Shown piece by piece: positions 50,813 through 64,000 of a DNA stretch of 64,000 nt. Under the pieces are notes generated by a model. It saw only the letters and a program-made list of their open reading frames with translations, ran no database searches and had not been told where the DNA came from. Both the position numbers and the translations under genes were made by a program. The first letter of the stretch is position 1. The number at the start of each line of letters is the position of its first letter. The stretch spans positions 19,034,001 through 19,098,000 of the forward strand of contig NC_134474.1 of NCBI RefSeq assembly GCF_964194025.1, in the 5' to 3' direction. Source of the stretch: Convolutriloba macropyga. Lineage: Eukaryota.

Positions 50813-53800
50813 AGCGTTGTAGAAGCTGTAAATGTAAATTTTCAAGTTATTTTCTTGTGTCATACTACTTTTTCACATTTTATTTTGATTGTTTTAGTCG
50901 TGCCTCGTTTTGAAATCGTTTATTCGTGTGATCACTTAGTCTCATTAATGAAAGTCCTCCTGTTTTCTAATATGGTAGTAATTAACGTTTTGTGATTATA
51001 GTTACTGTTTTTTGTTTCTTTGACACTATCTGTATCTAAAAACTATGGCGCATTTTTCCTTTTTGCGTATCTTTGTTCTTTTTTTCATGTCTCCCTGATT
51101 AATCATCTGACCAATCATAATAATCATGAGGTTAATCATTAATTGTTAGTGAAGGTTAAACAATTGATATAATTTGTTCAATTCCTAGTTGTTTATTTCT
51201 ATGGCGTTGATACAATTTGTTTTTAAAAATTAAAAGCGAAATTTCGCACACTCTTTAGTTTGTTTTGTCCATAAATTTGGTATAATTGTTGGCGGTCGTA
51301 ATCGGTTGCTAAGGGACATGAAGGAATTTAATTTACACTTTGAGTTCTGAGCAGTCGTTTTTTATGATTTTAAAGTGATTTAAAGTATAAAGTGAAAAAT
51401 GGAAGACTTGCCGGTTTATGTTGGTTTTCTTTTGGTTTTGTCCCTTAGTCCTAAAAAACAGGCATTATCATTGGTTTTTAGACGGTTATCCTCAGTTTAT
51501 CGTCTTCAAATTTTAGCTCTTTCTTTCCTTGATTGAGGTACCATTTGTTTCTAGAATCAACAAAAGGAGAAACGAAATCAATAGTATAAACGGGATAGAA
51601 GCCCAATTATAGCTGCCCGCTGCATGTACTTCTTTCTCATGAGTGTTTTTTTTTACCATATCTAATGCTTTCTGGTTTTGTTACCAGGCCCTGTTTCCGC
51701 TTATTGAAAAACCAAAGTATGTCTAACTACAAAATGAAAGCAAAATATTTTTCGTACGAAAATCAGTTATTTTTCTATTCTTCCTAGCCAAATCGTGGTT
51801 GTGGAAATCAGTGGTGGCAATTTTATGGCAGTTTGCGGGATAAGTTTTTGCGAGAGCTGCAGTATTTTTTCAGACCAATGTTTTGCAGCATCTTGAAGAA
51901 CGTGTTAATTGTCCTTCCTTAGTTAACAGATCATTAATTGCTCTCAAACGAAGTTTTTCGCTTGATCAGTTTTTCCTCTGACACATTTGACTTTTCGTCC
52001 GCAAAAACGGGATAAACAGGTAGCGCCCATTGGGCATTAAGTGCTCTTAGAGCCTTTCAGCTCTGTTTCAGCACAAACTGTTTTGGAGACTTATGGTGTG
52101 AAGGGCGGTTCTTATGGTGTGAAGGGGGAGATTGACTCCCCCCACCCACTATTGCCACCCATCAGCCCCCGGTGCACCCCCCGTTGTGCTAACTTACGCG
52201 CCGTCAATTAAGCTAAAGCTAGACTCACTAAACCGTGCCCAGCTATTGACGAAGCCAACCGGTCGTTTGAGATCAGTTCGCCCGACGTTAGTCGGTTGTT
52301 TTAATTTGTTATTAAAAGCAGTAAATGGTTGTTATAAAAACCATGTTGTGAACCTAAGTGAAAAACCATTTATGGTGCGGTTAAAATTGCCAGTTTCCTT
52401 TTGTCGGGTGTTCGGACGGTGATCATTCTAAGACGTATTTTCTTTGCTGATCTTTTTAAGACGTATCTTTCTTAGGCCTATTTTATTTAATGAGCGTCGG
52501 GGGTTGAGATGAGAGTCGTTTTTGTGGGGAGGTGGATCCTTGGCGAAAACAATACTAGGATACTATTCAACCGATATTTTTGCATGCATTGAGTAAAAGT
52601 TATTTGGTTTTAGAATTTTGGCGAATACTAAATAAAACGCTTGAAAACTTTACTTTAAAATCTTTGTCGACACTATAATGCAGTCGAGTGTCCCGATGTA
52701 CAATTTTTGTACGTACAAAAAGCTCGACAAGTTCCATGTAAAATATAATACTTTATGACATTTTTGCATTATTTAAACACTTTAGTCATACCCGGCAGAG
52801 GATTTCGACAAAGTATGATTATTTTTGGGTGAAAGAATAGAGAACGTGCTGATAACGTATCCATTAATTTAATCTAAATACTTATTAAACATTGGACGCG
52901 GAAAGTTTGAGAATATTGAGTTAAAATGGTGTAAACCACTCAACATTCGGGAAAGAAATTAGCTAACTAATTGGTGTATTTTTATAAATTTTTGATGTGC
53001 AGACAAATTTCAGGGACTACATAGCGTCGAGTGGATGTTGAGGTGCTTTTTGCGAGTGTCTCAATTAGTCTTTGTCTAATTTCCTCAAATCTTAACTGAA
53101 AAAATTGTGCCTAATGGATGCAAAAGATTTGTGTGCCTAATCGAAATTTGCCTAATATGCAATGCCCCATTGTTGAAATTGAAAAAATGAGGCCAATGTT
53201 TTACTTTTCATGTCCGTTATCTCTTCCCGGCCACCTCCTTTCTGCTTGGTAAAAAGTTGGGCATACGAGTTTCAGAAACGAGCATATTGCCTTGGCGGAC
53301 CGAATAAGGGCTTTGTTCAACTTTGTTTCTTTTTAATAACTAAGAAAATGATTCAAGTGGTCTGTAAATTTTCTAAGAATAAAACGGTTTTGTTAGAGTC
53401 GGGTCAATTAGTATTTTTTTTCAACAGATTTGCTTTAAAACCTGTGATTTTAGCTGAATCATTAAACGTAACGTTGACACTCTGGTAATATGCCCGCCTA
53501 TGTATCTGATTTCCATCTTTCCTCTTCATCGTTTTGTTAATTTCCTATTACGTTTTATCACAATTCATTGCGTATAATGTATGTATTCCCACAAACCCTC
53601 ACGTTGCTACTTTTAGCCACCAACGTCTGTTGGAGAAGTTCAGGCGACTGTGGTTAATGATGGAGACGAAGCATACAGGAGCAGCAGTGCTAATGGTAGG
53701 ATGACAGCAGGGAAAAATACCCAAAATATACCCAATATTTTCTATTGTTGAAATATATTTGTCGATGAGGTTTATTTTTAGTAAGATTCCACTAACTGAG

Positions 53801-56800
53801 AGCAGCAATGTAACCAATAAGTTTTGATTGTTTTCACCCATCTGCCCGTGTTTCAAGTTTTCCCAGTGTTCCAAGTTTTGCAAACGTATGAAATTTTTTA
53901 CGCTAGTTTTATTCTCTGTGATGTGTACAAAATTTTTTATCCCAAATTACTTTCTTTACCAATCATCCTTATTTGTTTCTGAGCTGTTTCAAACAACGAT
54001 TTTGGGCTAATATTGCACATATAGCCAATTTTGAGATAATTATATTGTCAAGTTTGTCTATCTTTGTCTAGAGAACCACCCTTAGCTCCCAAGAGTTTTC
54101 TTTGTTCTGCTAATTTAGCTAAGATTCAAATGTTGTAACGTTTGCACCCCGTTGCAACAATTTATTGATGAAATGTTTTGTTTTCAGACATCTCAACTTT
54201 TTCTAATTAACTGTTCTCAAACGATGCTTGCTGCAGTTATTTGCGCCATATTGGCGTTTTTTGATGCGGTTGTTAACCTGTTTGATTATGTTAGAACGGG
54301 GAATTAGTAGAATCATTTTGGGACCACTAATAGCCTCAATATTGCTTCGCGGCCTTTTCTCACTCTTTTCCATTTTCTCTTTGCTATTGCTTCAAGTACC
54401 ATTTTCACACTTTATTGCTTCACGTTTAATTTCAAAGTAGAGTGAGAGATAATGGTGTCTGAACAAAAACTCGCTAGTGTTTTTATTTGTTCACATGCGG
54501 CATTTTTACATTGGTTTTACTGTTTTTTTTATTCTTTCTGCTTTTTTCTCAATGGTTTTTCCCAATCAATTCATAGTCCATTCTAGCTCTTGTTGTTTTT
54601 CTTTAGTCAGTAAAAATTCTTTGAATTGTGTCAGGACTTTTTTTCGTTTTTTGTTTTTTTTAATTGTTTTTTAATTCGTTTTAACTTTTGATCACGTTTT
54701 TCGCTTTATATTGGTCATGATTTTCACGTTTGACTCGTGACTAAGCCGGGTCATTAAATCATATTGTATTAGGTTATCAAAGTTTATTAGAGTGATCGCT
54801 AGCTGACATTGTTAATTGCTTTGAACGAAGTTCATAGCAATTATTGTATACGGGAGTCTTTTTATACAAATTTTTTGCTTGACCTTTTAGCGCTTTCCTT
54901 CTAGAACATTCTTTGACTTCCCAAGTGACCTTTTCACACTTTCGTTCTTCGTTTTTGAGTGATCATTTTTGCTCTCGCTCCGGAGTAAAGCTTGTTGCTA
55001 ATATAAAGTTGGTTGCGGCATATCAAATTAAGGGCCAAATAGCACAGTCGGTAGTGCATAGGGTTATTCAGCGGGAGGTCAATGGGTCGAATCCCGGCGG
55101 GTCAAATGTTTTTCCATCCGCCTGTCGTTTAAGAGCAATTCTTCCGACATTAGTCGGTTTATGTTTATTAAGCTTGATAGCTTTCAGTTTAGAAGCTGAG
55201 TTAAGTATAGTTTTAGAATCTAACTGAAACTGCACCAAATTAGAACACTTGTTGACACTTTCGGTCATTTGTCTCTTTCTTTTTCTGCTTCAATCCCGAT
55301 GTGCAGCAAGTGCGTCAACGGCGGCTGTTTTCCAGCAACTTGCCGGCTATGTTTAACTGTTGAAACTGCTAAAACTTTCGTATTTTAAAGTCAACTATTT
55401 CTCGTGTGACTTTTTCTGATTGGCGTTGAAGAATTCAAGCATAGAATAAAACTTTAGTTCAGGGGTTATATGGATGGGCCATCTAAATAATTGCCTCGGT
55501 GGCCATTGATGAGCCACTGATCTTTTCAAAAGCTTTTTGATTCGTTTTTAAATGCGTTTTAATTATTATTAGTGGTCGGTGTTATATGCCGATCAGTTCC
55601 TTTCACTTTCGCGCGGAATTGATTTTAAGTTTGTGCAAGCGTGCTTTTGCTTTGAAATTTAGTTTTGTACCATTATAGGAGACAAAACATGACATTAAGA
55701 TCCAAAGTTGGCAAATCAAGGTGCACATTTTCTACCAAGAGGAACGAAAAAAGTCGACTCTAAAGTTTTTCGTATGGCCTTTCTCGATTTTTTCCCGTGT
55801 CAGCATAATGCACACCATTATTTAAAATAAAACTTTACATGATATTTTTCTCGGTTCATAATAAATTTCACAATTTTTCATATGAAACTAATGAGCTCGA
55901 ATCTGTTTTTACATAGATTTATTTTAGCAGTTGGGAGTGGAGACTACACTAGCAGTGGCTACGATACTCAAATTTCTCCCTCAACATCTGACTATACCTC
56001 TCACACTGCCACTGACAACCAGAGTGAAGATACGACAAACGAAGTGACTACACCATTTTTTTATTCAGATTCAACAAAAATTAGTTAACAAAACTAACTT
56101 TTGTCATAGTTTTTAGTGCAAGGGTTTCGGAACAATAATAAATTCTCTTTTGAGTGATTGGTAAAGCAATCAATCTAATTTCATTGAGAAACTAAATTAA
56201 TGAGTCAAGATTACAATCAATTTCGTATGGAACCCAAACGGAACCGTCGCAACCAGTCATTTTTTTTGGTCATAAATCAGTTGTTTCCCCCCGTTTTGAA
56301 GAAACAGTAATGTTTAATCAATTTTAGTACTACCTAGGCTGTTACTCATCGGTCTTCTGATCTCTTAGGGGGTGATATAAAAATTTTGTTTCAGGGACTT
56401 GCCGAGAATATACACTTTCCGGCCACTGGTGGGGAAAATTTTGTTCATGACTACACAGAACAGCCAGGGTTTGAATTCCAGACCCAGATTATCCGCCATC
56501 AGACAGAGATAAAGTGGGACCTCTGGAAGAACAGGCTGCGCAATTTCTTTTTTGGAGCCACCAGAAGAAATAAGGTCAGTCATGTATTATTGTAATCAAC
56601 TAAGTAGCCTTGCCTTACTGACTATGTTGAGTGCCCTGTTGGTAAAATGCCATTTTCAAATCGCGTTAATGATTATTACCGCATTTTTGTTGTCACCATC
56701 GCGAAGTTATCAAACTCTGAGGCTAAGCTGAATTGTTGAATACTTTACAGAGGGCAATAACAACCGGTTTGTGAAGTTCTTCTCAACTATCGTTGCAATT

Positions 56801-59800
56801 ACAATTGTTGCAAAACTTACGCCTCTGTGTTCCTGATTAGACTTTTTTTGGCCACTTCATCTGATTTTCCGCCATCTTCATATAGCAACTTGGCGCGAAA
56901 AAAAGCCAAGTCATCTGCACGGGACAGAATTTAATGCAATCGCACTAAAAGCGTATCACACCTACACATAGTTAACCTAAAATTGAATGAAACATTGTGG
57001 TTTTTATTTGATAGGAAATATTTGGTCGGATTAAAATGAAAGCCGGATGAAATCAGACGAGGAAATTAATTGATCAATAAGGTTGTAGAAGCGTTGTAGA
57101 AGCTGTAAATGTAAATTTTCAAGTTATTTTCTTGTGTCATACTACTTTTTCACATTTTATTTTGATTGTTTTAGTCGTGCCTCGTTTTGAAATCGTTTAT
57201 TCGTGTGATCACTTAGTCTCATTAATGAAAGTCCTCCTGTTTTCTAATATGGTAGTAATTAACGTTTTGTGATTATAGTTACTGTTTTTTGTTTCTTTGA
57301 CACTATCTGTATCTAAAAACTATGGCGCATTTTTCCTTTTTGCGTATCTTTGTTCTTTTTTTCATGTCTCCCTGATTAATCATCTGACCAATCATAATAA
57401 TCATGAGGTTAATCATTAATTGTTAGTGAAGGTTAAACAATTGATATAATTTGTTCAATTCCTAGTTGTTTATTTCTATGGCGTTGATACAATTTGTTTT
57501 TAAAAATTAAAAGCGAAATTTCGCACACTCTTTAGTTTGTTTTGTCCATAAATTTGGTATAATTGTTGGCGGTCGTAATCGGTTGCTAAGGGACATGAAG
57601 GAATTTAATTTACACTTTGAGTTCTGAGCAGTCGTTTTTTATGATTTTAAAGTGATTTAAAGTATAAAGTGAAAAATGGAAGACTTGCCGGTTTATGTTG
57701 GTTTTCTTTTGGTTTTGTCCCTTAGTCCTAAAAAACAGGCATTATCATTGGTTTTTAGACGGTTATCCTCAGTTTATCGTCTTCAAATTTTAGCTCTTTC
57801 TTTCCTTGATTGAGGTACCATTTGTTTCTAGAATCAACAAAAGGAGAAACGAAATCAATAGTATAAACGGGATAGAAGCCCAATTATAGCTGCCCGCTGC
57901 ATGTACTTCTTTCTCATGAGTGTTTTTTTTTACCATATCTAATGCTTTCTGGTTTTGTTACCAGGCCCTGTTTCCGCTTATTGAAAAACCAAAGTATGTC
58001 TAACTACAAAATGAAAGCAAAATATTTTTCGTACGAAAATCAGTTATTTTTCTATTCTTCCTAGCCAAATCGTGGTTGTGGAAATCAGTGGTGGCAATTT
58101 TATGGCAGTTTGCGGGATAAGTTTTTGCGAGAGCTGCAGTATTTTTTCAGACCAATGTTTTGCAGCATCTTGAAGAACGTGTTAATTGTCCTTCCTTAGT
58201 TAACAGATCATTAATTGCTCTCAAACGAAGTTTTTCGCTTGATCAGTTTTTCCTCTGACACATTTGACTTTTCGTCCGCAAAAACGGGATAAACAGGTAG
58301 CGCCCATTGGGCATTAAGTGCTCTTAGAGCCTTTCAGCTCTGTTTCAGCACAAACTGTTTTGGAGACTTATGGTGTGAAGGGCGGTTCTTATGGTGTGAA
58401 GGGGGAGATTGACTCCCCCCACCCACTATTGCCACCCATCAGCCCCCGGTGCACCCCCCGTTGTGCTAACTTACGCGCCGTCAATTAAGCTAAAGCTAGA
58501 CTCACTAAACCGTGCCCAGCTATTGACGAAGCCAACCGGTCGTTTGAGATCAGTTCGCCCGACGTTAGTCGGTTGTTTTAATTTGTTATTAAAAGCAGTA
58601 AATGGTTGTTATAAAAACCATGTTGTGAACCTAAGTGAAAAACCATTTATGGTGCGGTTAAAATTGCCAGTTTCCTTTTGTCGGGTGTTCGGACGGTGAT
58701 CATTCTAAGACGTATTTTCTTTGCTGATCTTTTTAAGACGTATCTTTCTTAGGCCTATTTTATTTAATGAGCGTCGGGGGTTGAGATGAGAGTCGTTTTT
58801 GTGGGGAGGTGGATCCTTGGCGAAAACAATACTAGGATACTATTCAACCGATATTTTTGCATGCATTGAGTAAAAGTTATTTGGTTTTAGAATTTTGGCC
58901 AATACTAAATAAAACGCTTGAAAACTTTACTTTAAAATCTTTGTCGACACTATAATGCAGTCGAGTGTCCCGATGTACAATTTTTGTACGTACAAAAAGC
59001 TCGACAAGTTCCATGTAAAATATAATACTTTATGACATTTTTGCATTATTTAAACACTTTAGTCATACCCGGCAGAGGATTTCGACAAAGTATGATTATT
59101 TTTGGGTGAAAGAATAGAGAACGTGCTGATAACGTATCCATTAATTTAATCTAAATACTTATTAAACATTGGACGCGGAAAGTTTGAGAATATTGAGTTA
59201 AAATGGTGTAAACCACTCAACATTCGGGAAAGAAATTAGCTAACTAATTGGTGTATTTTTATAAATTTTTGATGTGCAGACAAATTTCAGGGACTACATA
59301 GCGTCGAGTGGATGTTGAGGTGCTTTTTGCGAGTGTCTCAATTAGTCTTTGTCTAATTTCCTCAAATCTTAACTGAAAAAATTGTGCCTAATGGATGCAA
59401 AAGATTTGTGTGCCTAATCGAAATTTGCCTAATATGCAATGCCCCATTGTTGAAATTGAAAAAATGAGGCCAATGTTTTACTTTTCATGTCCGTTATCTC
59501 TTCCCGGCCACCTCCTTTCTGCTTGGTAAAAAGTTGGGCATACGAGTTTCAGAAACGAGCATATTGCCTTGGCGGACCGAATAAGGGCTTTGTTCAACTT
59601 TGTTTCTTTTTAATAACTAAGAAAATGATTCAAGTGGTCTGTAAATTTTCTAAGAATAAAACGGTTTTGTTAGAGTCGGGTCAATTAGTATTTTTTTTCA
59701 ACAGATTTGCTTTAAAACCTGTGATTTTAGCTGAATCATTAAACGTAACGTTGACACTCTGGTAATATGCCCGCCTATGTATCTGATTTCCATCTTTCCT

Positions 59801-62800
59801 CTTCATCGTTTTGTTAATTTCCTATTACGTTTTATCACAATTCATTGCGTATAATGTATGTATTCCCACAAACCCTCACGTTGCTACTTTTAGCCACCAA
59901 CGTCTGTTGGAGAAGTTCAGGCGACTGTGGTTAATGATGGAGACGAAGCATACAGGAGCAGCAGTGCTAATGGTAGGATGACAGCAGGGAAAAATACCCA
60001 AAATATACCCAATATTTTCTATTGTTGAAATATATTTGTCGATGAGGTTTATTTTTAGTAAGATTCCACTAACTGAGAGCAGCAATGTAACCAATAAGTT
60101 TTGATTGTTTTCACCCATCTGCCCGTGTTTCAAGTTTTCCCAGTGTTCCAAGTTTTGCAAACGTATGAAATTTTTTACGCTAGTTTTATTCTCTGTGATG
60201 TGTACAAAATTTTTTATCCCAAATTACTTTCTTTACCAATCATCCTAATTGTTTCTGAGCTGTTTCAAACAACGATTTTGGGCTAATATTGCACATATAG
60301 CCAATTTTGAGATAATTATATTGTCAAGTTTGTCTATCTTTGTCTAGAGAACCACCCTTAGCTCCCAAGAGTTTTCTTTGTTCTGCTAATTTAGCTAAGA
60401 TTCAAATGTTGTAACGTTTGCACCCCGTTGCAACAATTTATTGATGAAATGTTTTGTTTTCAGACATCTCAACTTTTTCTAATTAACTGTTCTCAAACGA
60501 TGCTTGCTGCAGTTATTTGCGCCATATTGGCGTTTTTTGATGCGGTTGTTAACCTGTTTGATTATGTTAGAACGGGGAATTAGTAGAATCATTTTGGGAC
60601 CACTAATAGCCTCAATATTGCTTCGCGGCCTTTTCTCACTCTTTTCCATTTTCTCTTTGCTATTGCTTCAAGTACCATTTTCACACTTTATTGCTTCACG
60701 TTTAATTTCAAAGTAGAGTGAGAGATAATGGTGTCTGAACAAAAACTCGCTAGTGTTTTTATTTGTTCACATGCGGCATTTTTACATTGGTTTTACTGTT
60801 TTTTTTATTCTTTCTGCTTTTTTCTCAATGGTTTTTCCCAATCAATTCATAGTCCATTCTAGCTCTTGTTGTTTTTCTTTAGTCAGTAAAAATTCTTTGA
60901 ATTGTGTCAGGACTTTTTTTCGTTTTTTGTTTTTTTTAATTGTTTTTTAATTCGTTTTAACTTTTGATCACGTTTTTCGCTTTATATTGGTCATGATTTT
61001 CACGTTTGACTCGTGACTAAGCCGGGTCATTAAATCATATTGTATTAGGTTATCAAAGTTTATTAGAGTGATCGCTAGCTGACATTGTTAATTGCTTTGA
61101 ACGAAGTTCATAGCAATTATTGTATACGGGAGTCTTTTTATACAAATTTTTTGCTTGACCTTTTAGCGCTTTCCTTCTAGAACATTCTTTGACTTCCCAA
61201 GTGACCTTTTCACACTTTCGTTCTTCGTTTTTGAGTGATCATTTTTGCTCTCGCTCCGGAGTAAAGCTTGTTGCTAATATAAAGTTGGTTGCGGCATATC
61301 AAATTAAGGGCCAAATAGCACAGTCGGTAGTGCATAGGGTTATTCAGCGGGAGGTCAATGGGTCGAATCCCGGCGGGTCAAATGTTTTTCCATCCGCCTG
61401 TCGTTTAAGAGCAATTCTTCCGACATTAGTCGGTTTATGTTTATTAAGCTTGATAGCTTTCAGTTTAGAAGCTGAGTTAAGTATAGTTTTAGAATCTAAC
61501 TGAAACTGCACCAAATTAGAACACTTGTTGACACTTTCGGTCATTTGTCTCTTTCTTTTTCTGCTTCAATCCCGATGTGCAGCAAGTGCGTCAACGGCGG
61601 CTGTTTTCCAGCAACTTGCCGGCTATGTTTAACTGTTGAAACTGCTAAAACTTTCGTATTTTAAAGTCAACTATTTCTCGTGTGACTTTTTCTGATTGGC
61701 GTTGAAGAATTCAAGCATAGAATAAAACTTTAGTTCAGGGGTTATATGGATGGGCCATCTAAATAATTGCCTCGGTGGCCATTGATGAGCCACTGATCTT
61801 TTCAAAAGCTTTTTGATTCGTTTTTAAATGCGTTTTAATTATTATTAGTGGTCGGTGTTATATGCCGATCAGTTCCTTTCACTTTCGCGCGGAATTGATT
61901 TTAAGTTTGTGCAAGCGTGCTTTTGCTTTGAAATTTAGTTTTGTACCATTATAGGAGACAAAACATGACATTAAGATCCAAAGTTGGCAAATCAAGGTGC
62001 ACATTTTCTACCAAGAGGAACGAAAAAAGTCGACTCTAAAGTTTTTCGTATGGCCTTTCTCGATTTTTTCCCGTGTCAGCATAATGCACACCATTATTTA
62101 AAATAAAACTTTACATGATATTTTTCTCGGTTCATAATAAATTTCACAATTTTTCATATGAAACTAATGAGCTCGAATCTGTTTTTACATAGATTTATTT
62201 TAGCAGTTGGGAGTGGAGACTACACTAGCAGTGGCTACGATACTCAAATTTCTCCCTCAACATCTGACTATACCTCTCACACTGCCACTGACAACCAGAG
62301 TGAAGATACGACAAACGAAGTGACTACACCATTTTTTTATTCAAATTCAACAAAAATTAGTTAACAAAACTAACTTTTGTCATAGTTTTTAGTGCAAGGG
62401 TTTCGGAACAATAATAAATTCTCTTTTGAGTGATTGGTAAAGCAATCAATCTAATTTCATTGAGAAACTAAATTAATGAGTCAAGATTACAATCAATTTC
62501 GTATGGAACCCAAACGGAACCGTCGCAACCAGTCATTTTTTTTGGTCATAAATCAGTTGTTTCCCCCCGTTTTGAAGAAACAGTAATGTTTAATCAATTT
62601 TAGTACTACCTAGGCTGTTACTCATCGGTCTTCTGATCTCTTAGGGGGTGATATAAAAATTTTGTTTCAGGGACTTGCCGAGAATATACACTTTCCGGCC
62701 ACTGGTGGGGAAAATTTTGTTCATGACTACACAGAACAGCCAGGGTTTGAATTCCAGACCCAGATTATCCGCCATCAGACAGAGATAAAGTGGGACCTCT

Positions 62801-63358
62801 GGAAGAACAGGCTGCGCAATTTCTTTTTTGGAGCCACCAGAAGAAATAAGGTCAGTCATGTATTATTGTAATCAACTAAGTAGCCTTGCCTTACTGACTA
62901 TGTTGAGTGCCCTGTTGGTAAAATGCCATTTTCAAATCGCGTTAATGATTATTACCGCATTTTTGTTGTCACCATCGCGAAGTTATCAAACTCTGAGGCT
63001 AAGCTGAATTGTTGAATACTTTACAGAGGGCAATAACAACCGGTTTGTGAAGTTCTTCTCAACTATCGTTGCAATTACAATTGTTGCAAAACTTACGCCT
63101 CTGTGTTCCTGATTAGACTTTTTTTGGCCACTTCATCTGATTTTCCGCCATCTTCATATAGCAACTTGGCGCGAAAAAAAGCCAAGTCATCTGCACGGGA
63201 CAGAATTTAATGCAATCGCACTAAAAGCGTATCACACCTACACATAGTTAACCTAAAATTGAATGAAACATTGTGGTTTTTATTTGATAGGAAATATTTG
63301 GTCGGATTAAAATGAAAGCCGGATGAAATCAGACGAGGAAATTAATTGATCAATAAGG
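50813..63358. repeat. 6.27-kb near-perfect tandem duplication (50813-57082 and 57090-63358)
   Basis: ORF-track entries repeat at offset 6277/6276. Only about three differences were noticed. A 7-nt junction insert lies at 57083-57089. Confidence 0.95.
53617..56574 (+). CDS. Three putative host exons (53617-53695, 55931-56043, 56395-56574) encoding Ser/Thr/Tyr-rich sequence; second copy at 59894-62850
   Basis: AG/GT-bounded with phases 0-1, 1-0 and 0-0: PPTSVGEVQ...SSSAN / VGSGDYTSSGYD...TTNE / GLAENIHFP...RRNK. Phase-compatible with the TM exon ending at 48284. Confidence 0.45.
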
Positions 63359-63780
63359 GTTACATCTGGATAAATAATTTGAAGGTTGAATTTTCGATTG
63401 TTGGGGTTTCGCGCTTATGCGATTTGGGTCAGTTCTTTGCTTAGAATTTGATTTCTCAGCATAATGTATTGCAACGAAAAAATGCAGATGACAAGCCAAG
63501 GTTGTTGCCTGCGCTTGGGAAAGCAATCGAAAATAAAACTTAGGCAGAGTTATAAAGAGGCATCGGATACCCATAACTTGGAAAAAGGAAAATGAAAAAA
63601 AAAGAAAAATTTCACTATCCGATTGAGCAATTTTAAGTCCCTTGCTTAGGATCGTCATATTTAGTTTAGTGGTTTCTATTTATGGTTCTGAAAATGAAGA
63701 AAATCCTATTTTAGGGTTTACTGCAAATGTGTTAACTGGTGCTTACATACGATGTTATAATGATTAATTACGCTCGAACG

Positions 63781-63850
63781 AACCTTATAGCCGAGTGGTT
63801 AATGCTGCAGACTTTCACGCCGGAGGCCGTGGGTTCGAAGTCCTCTCTAG
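63781..63850 (+). pseudogene. tRNA-Glu(TTC)-like pseudogene or Pol III cassette inside a short HINE-like unit (about 63764-63946)
   Basis: A box TAGCCGAGTGG (63788), loop CT-TTC-AC (63812-63818) and B-box-like GGTTCGAAGTCC (63832). The acceptor stem does not pair. Confidence 0.5.
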
Positions 63851-64000
63851 TCTAGTCAGAAATTTACGTTGGCTGAGGCCTCCTCTGAATTCAAGTGCAC
63901 TGGTTGTCGATCGAGATCAGTTTGTCCGGCGCTACTTTTATGTTTAATTGCTCTTGAACGTAGTTCATAGCAATTATTGTAAACGTGTGTGTCTTTTTAC

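Noticed and set aside
46727-54674. Many Phe/Leu-rich 60-110-aa 'membrane' ORFs
   Set aside because: Expected by chance from T-rich repeat DNA with TTG/GTG starts. Only segments with matching splice phases were kept.

Overview
AT-rich eukaryotic DNA, probably invertebrate (spliceosomal introns, LINE and rolling-circle debris). Bases 1-15197 are the 3' part of one very large env-bearing Ty3/Gypsy (Metaviridae, errantivirus-like) LTR element. Its pol (RT with FMDD, RNase H, HHCC/DD35E integrase) ends in a TARG1/OARD1-type macrodomain. Next come about 3 kb of ~1.06-kb repeats, each with a conserved 33-nt hairpin. On the antisense strand there is a 5-exon gene whose spliced 378-aa frame looks like an OTU-type cysteine protease, and an ORF for a small single-pass glycoprotein. 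A class I F-type env and a candidate 865-bp 3' LTR close the element. pol and env carry stops, a frameshift and a 619-bp duplication. The rest is host DNA: decayed CR1-like LINE pieces, many often nested Helentron-type non-autonomous elements (some containing tRNA-like A/B-box cassettes), a mini-Helitron, a scrambled 12-kb segmental array, a 6.27-kb tandem duplication, and exons of a probable single-pass receptor gene. The headline candidate is a retroelement carrying a de-ADP-ribosylase plus a deubiquitinase-like accessory gene whose introns are retained by antisense orientation. All domain calls are by eye from motifs; no searches were run.
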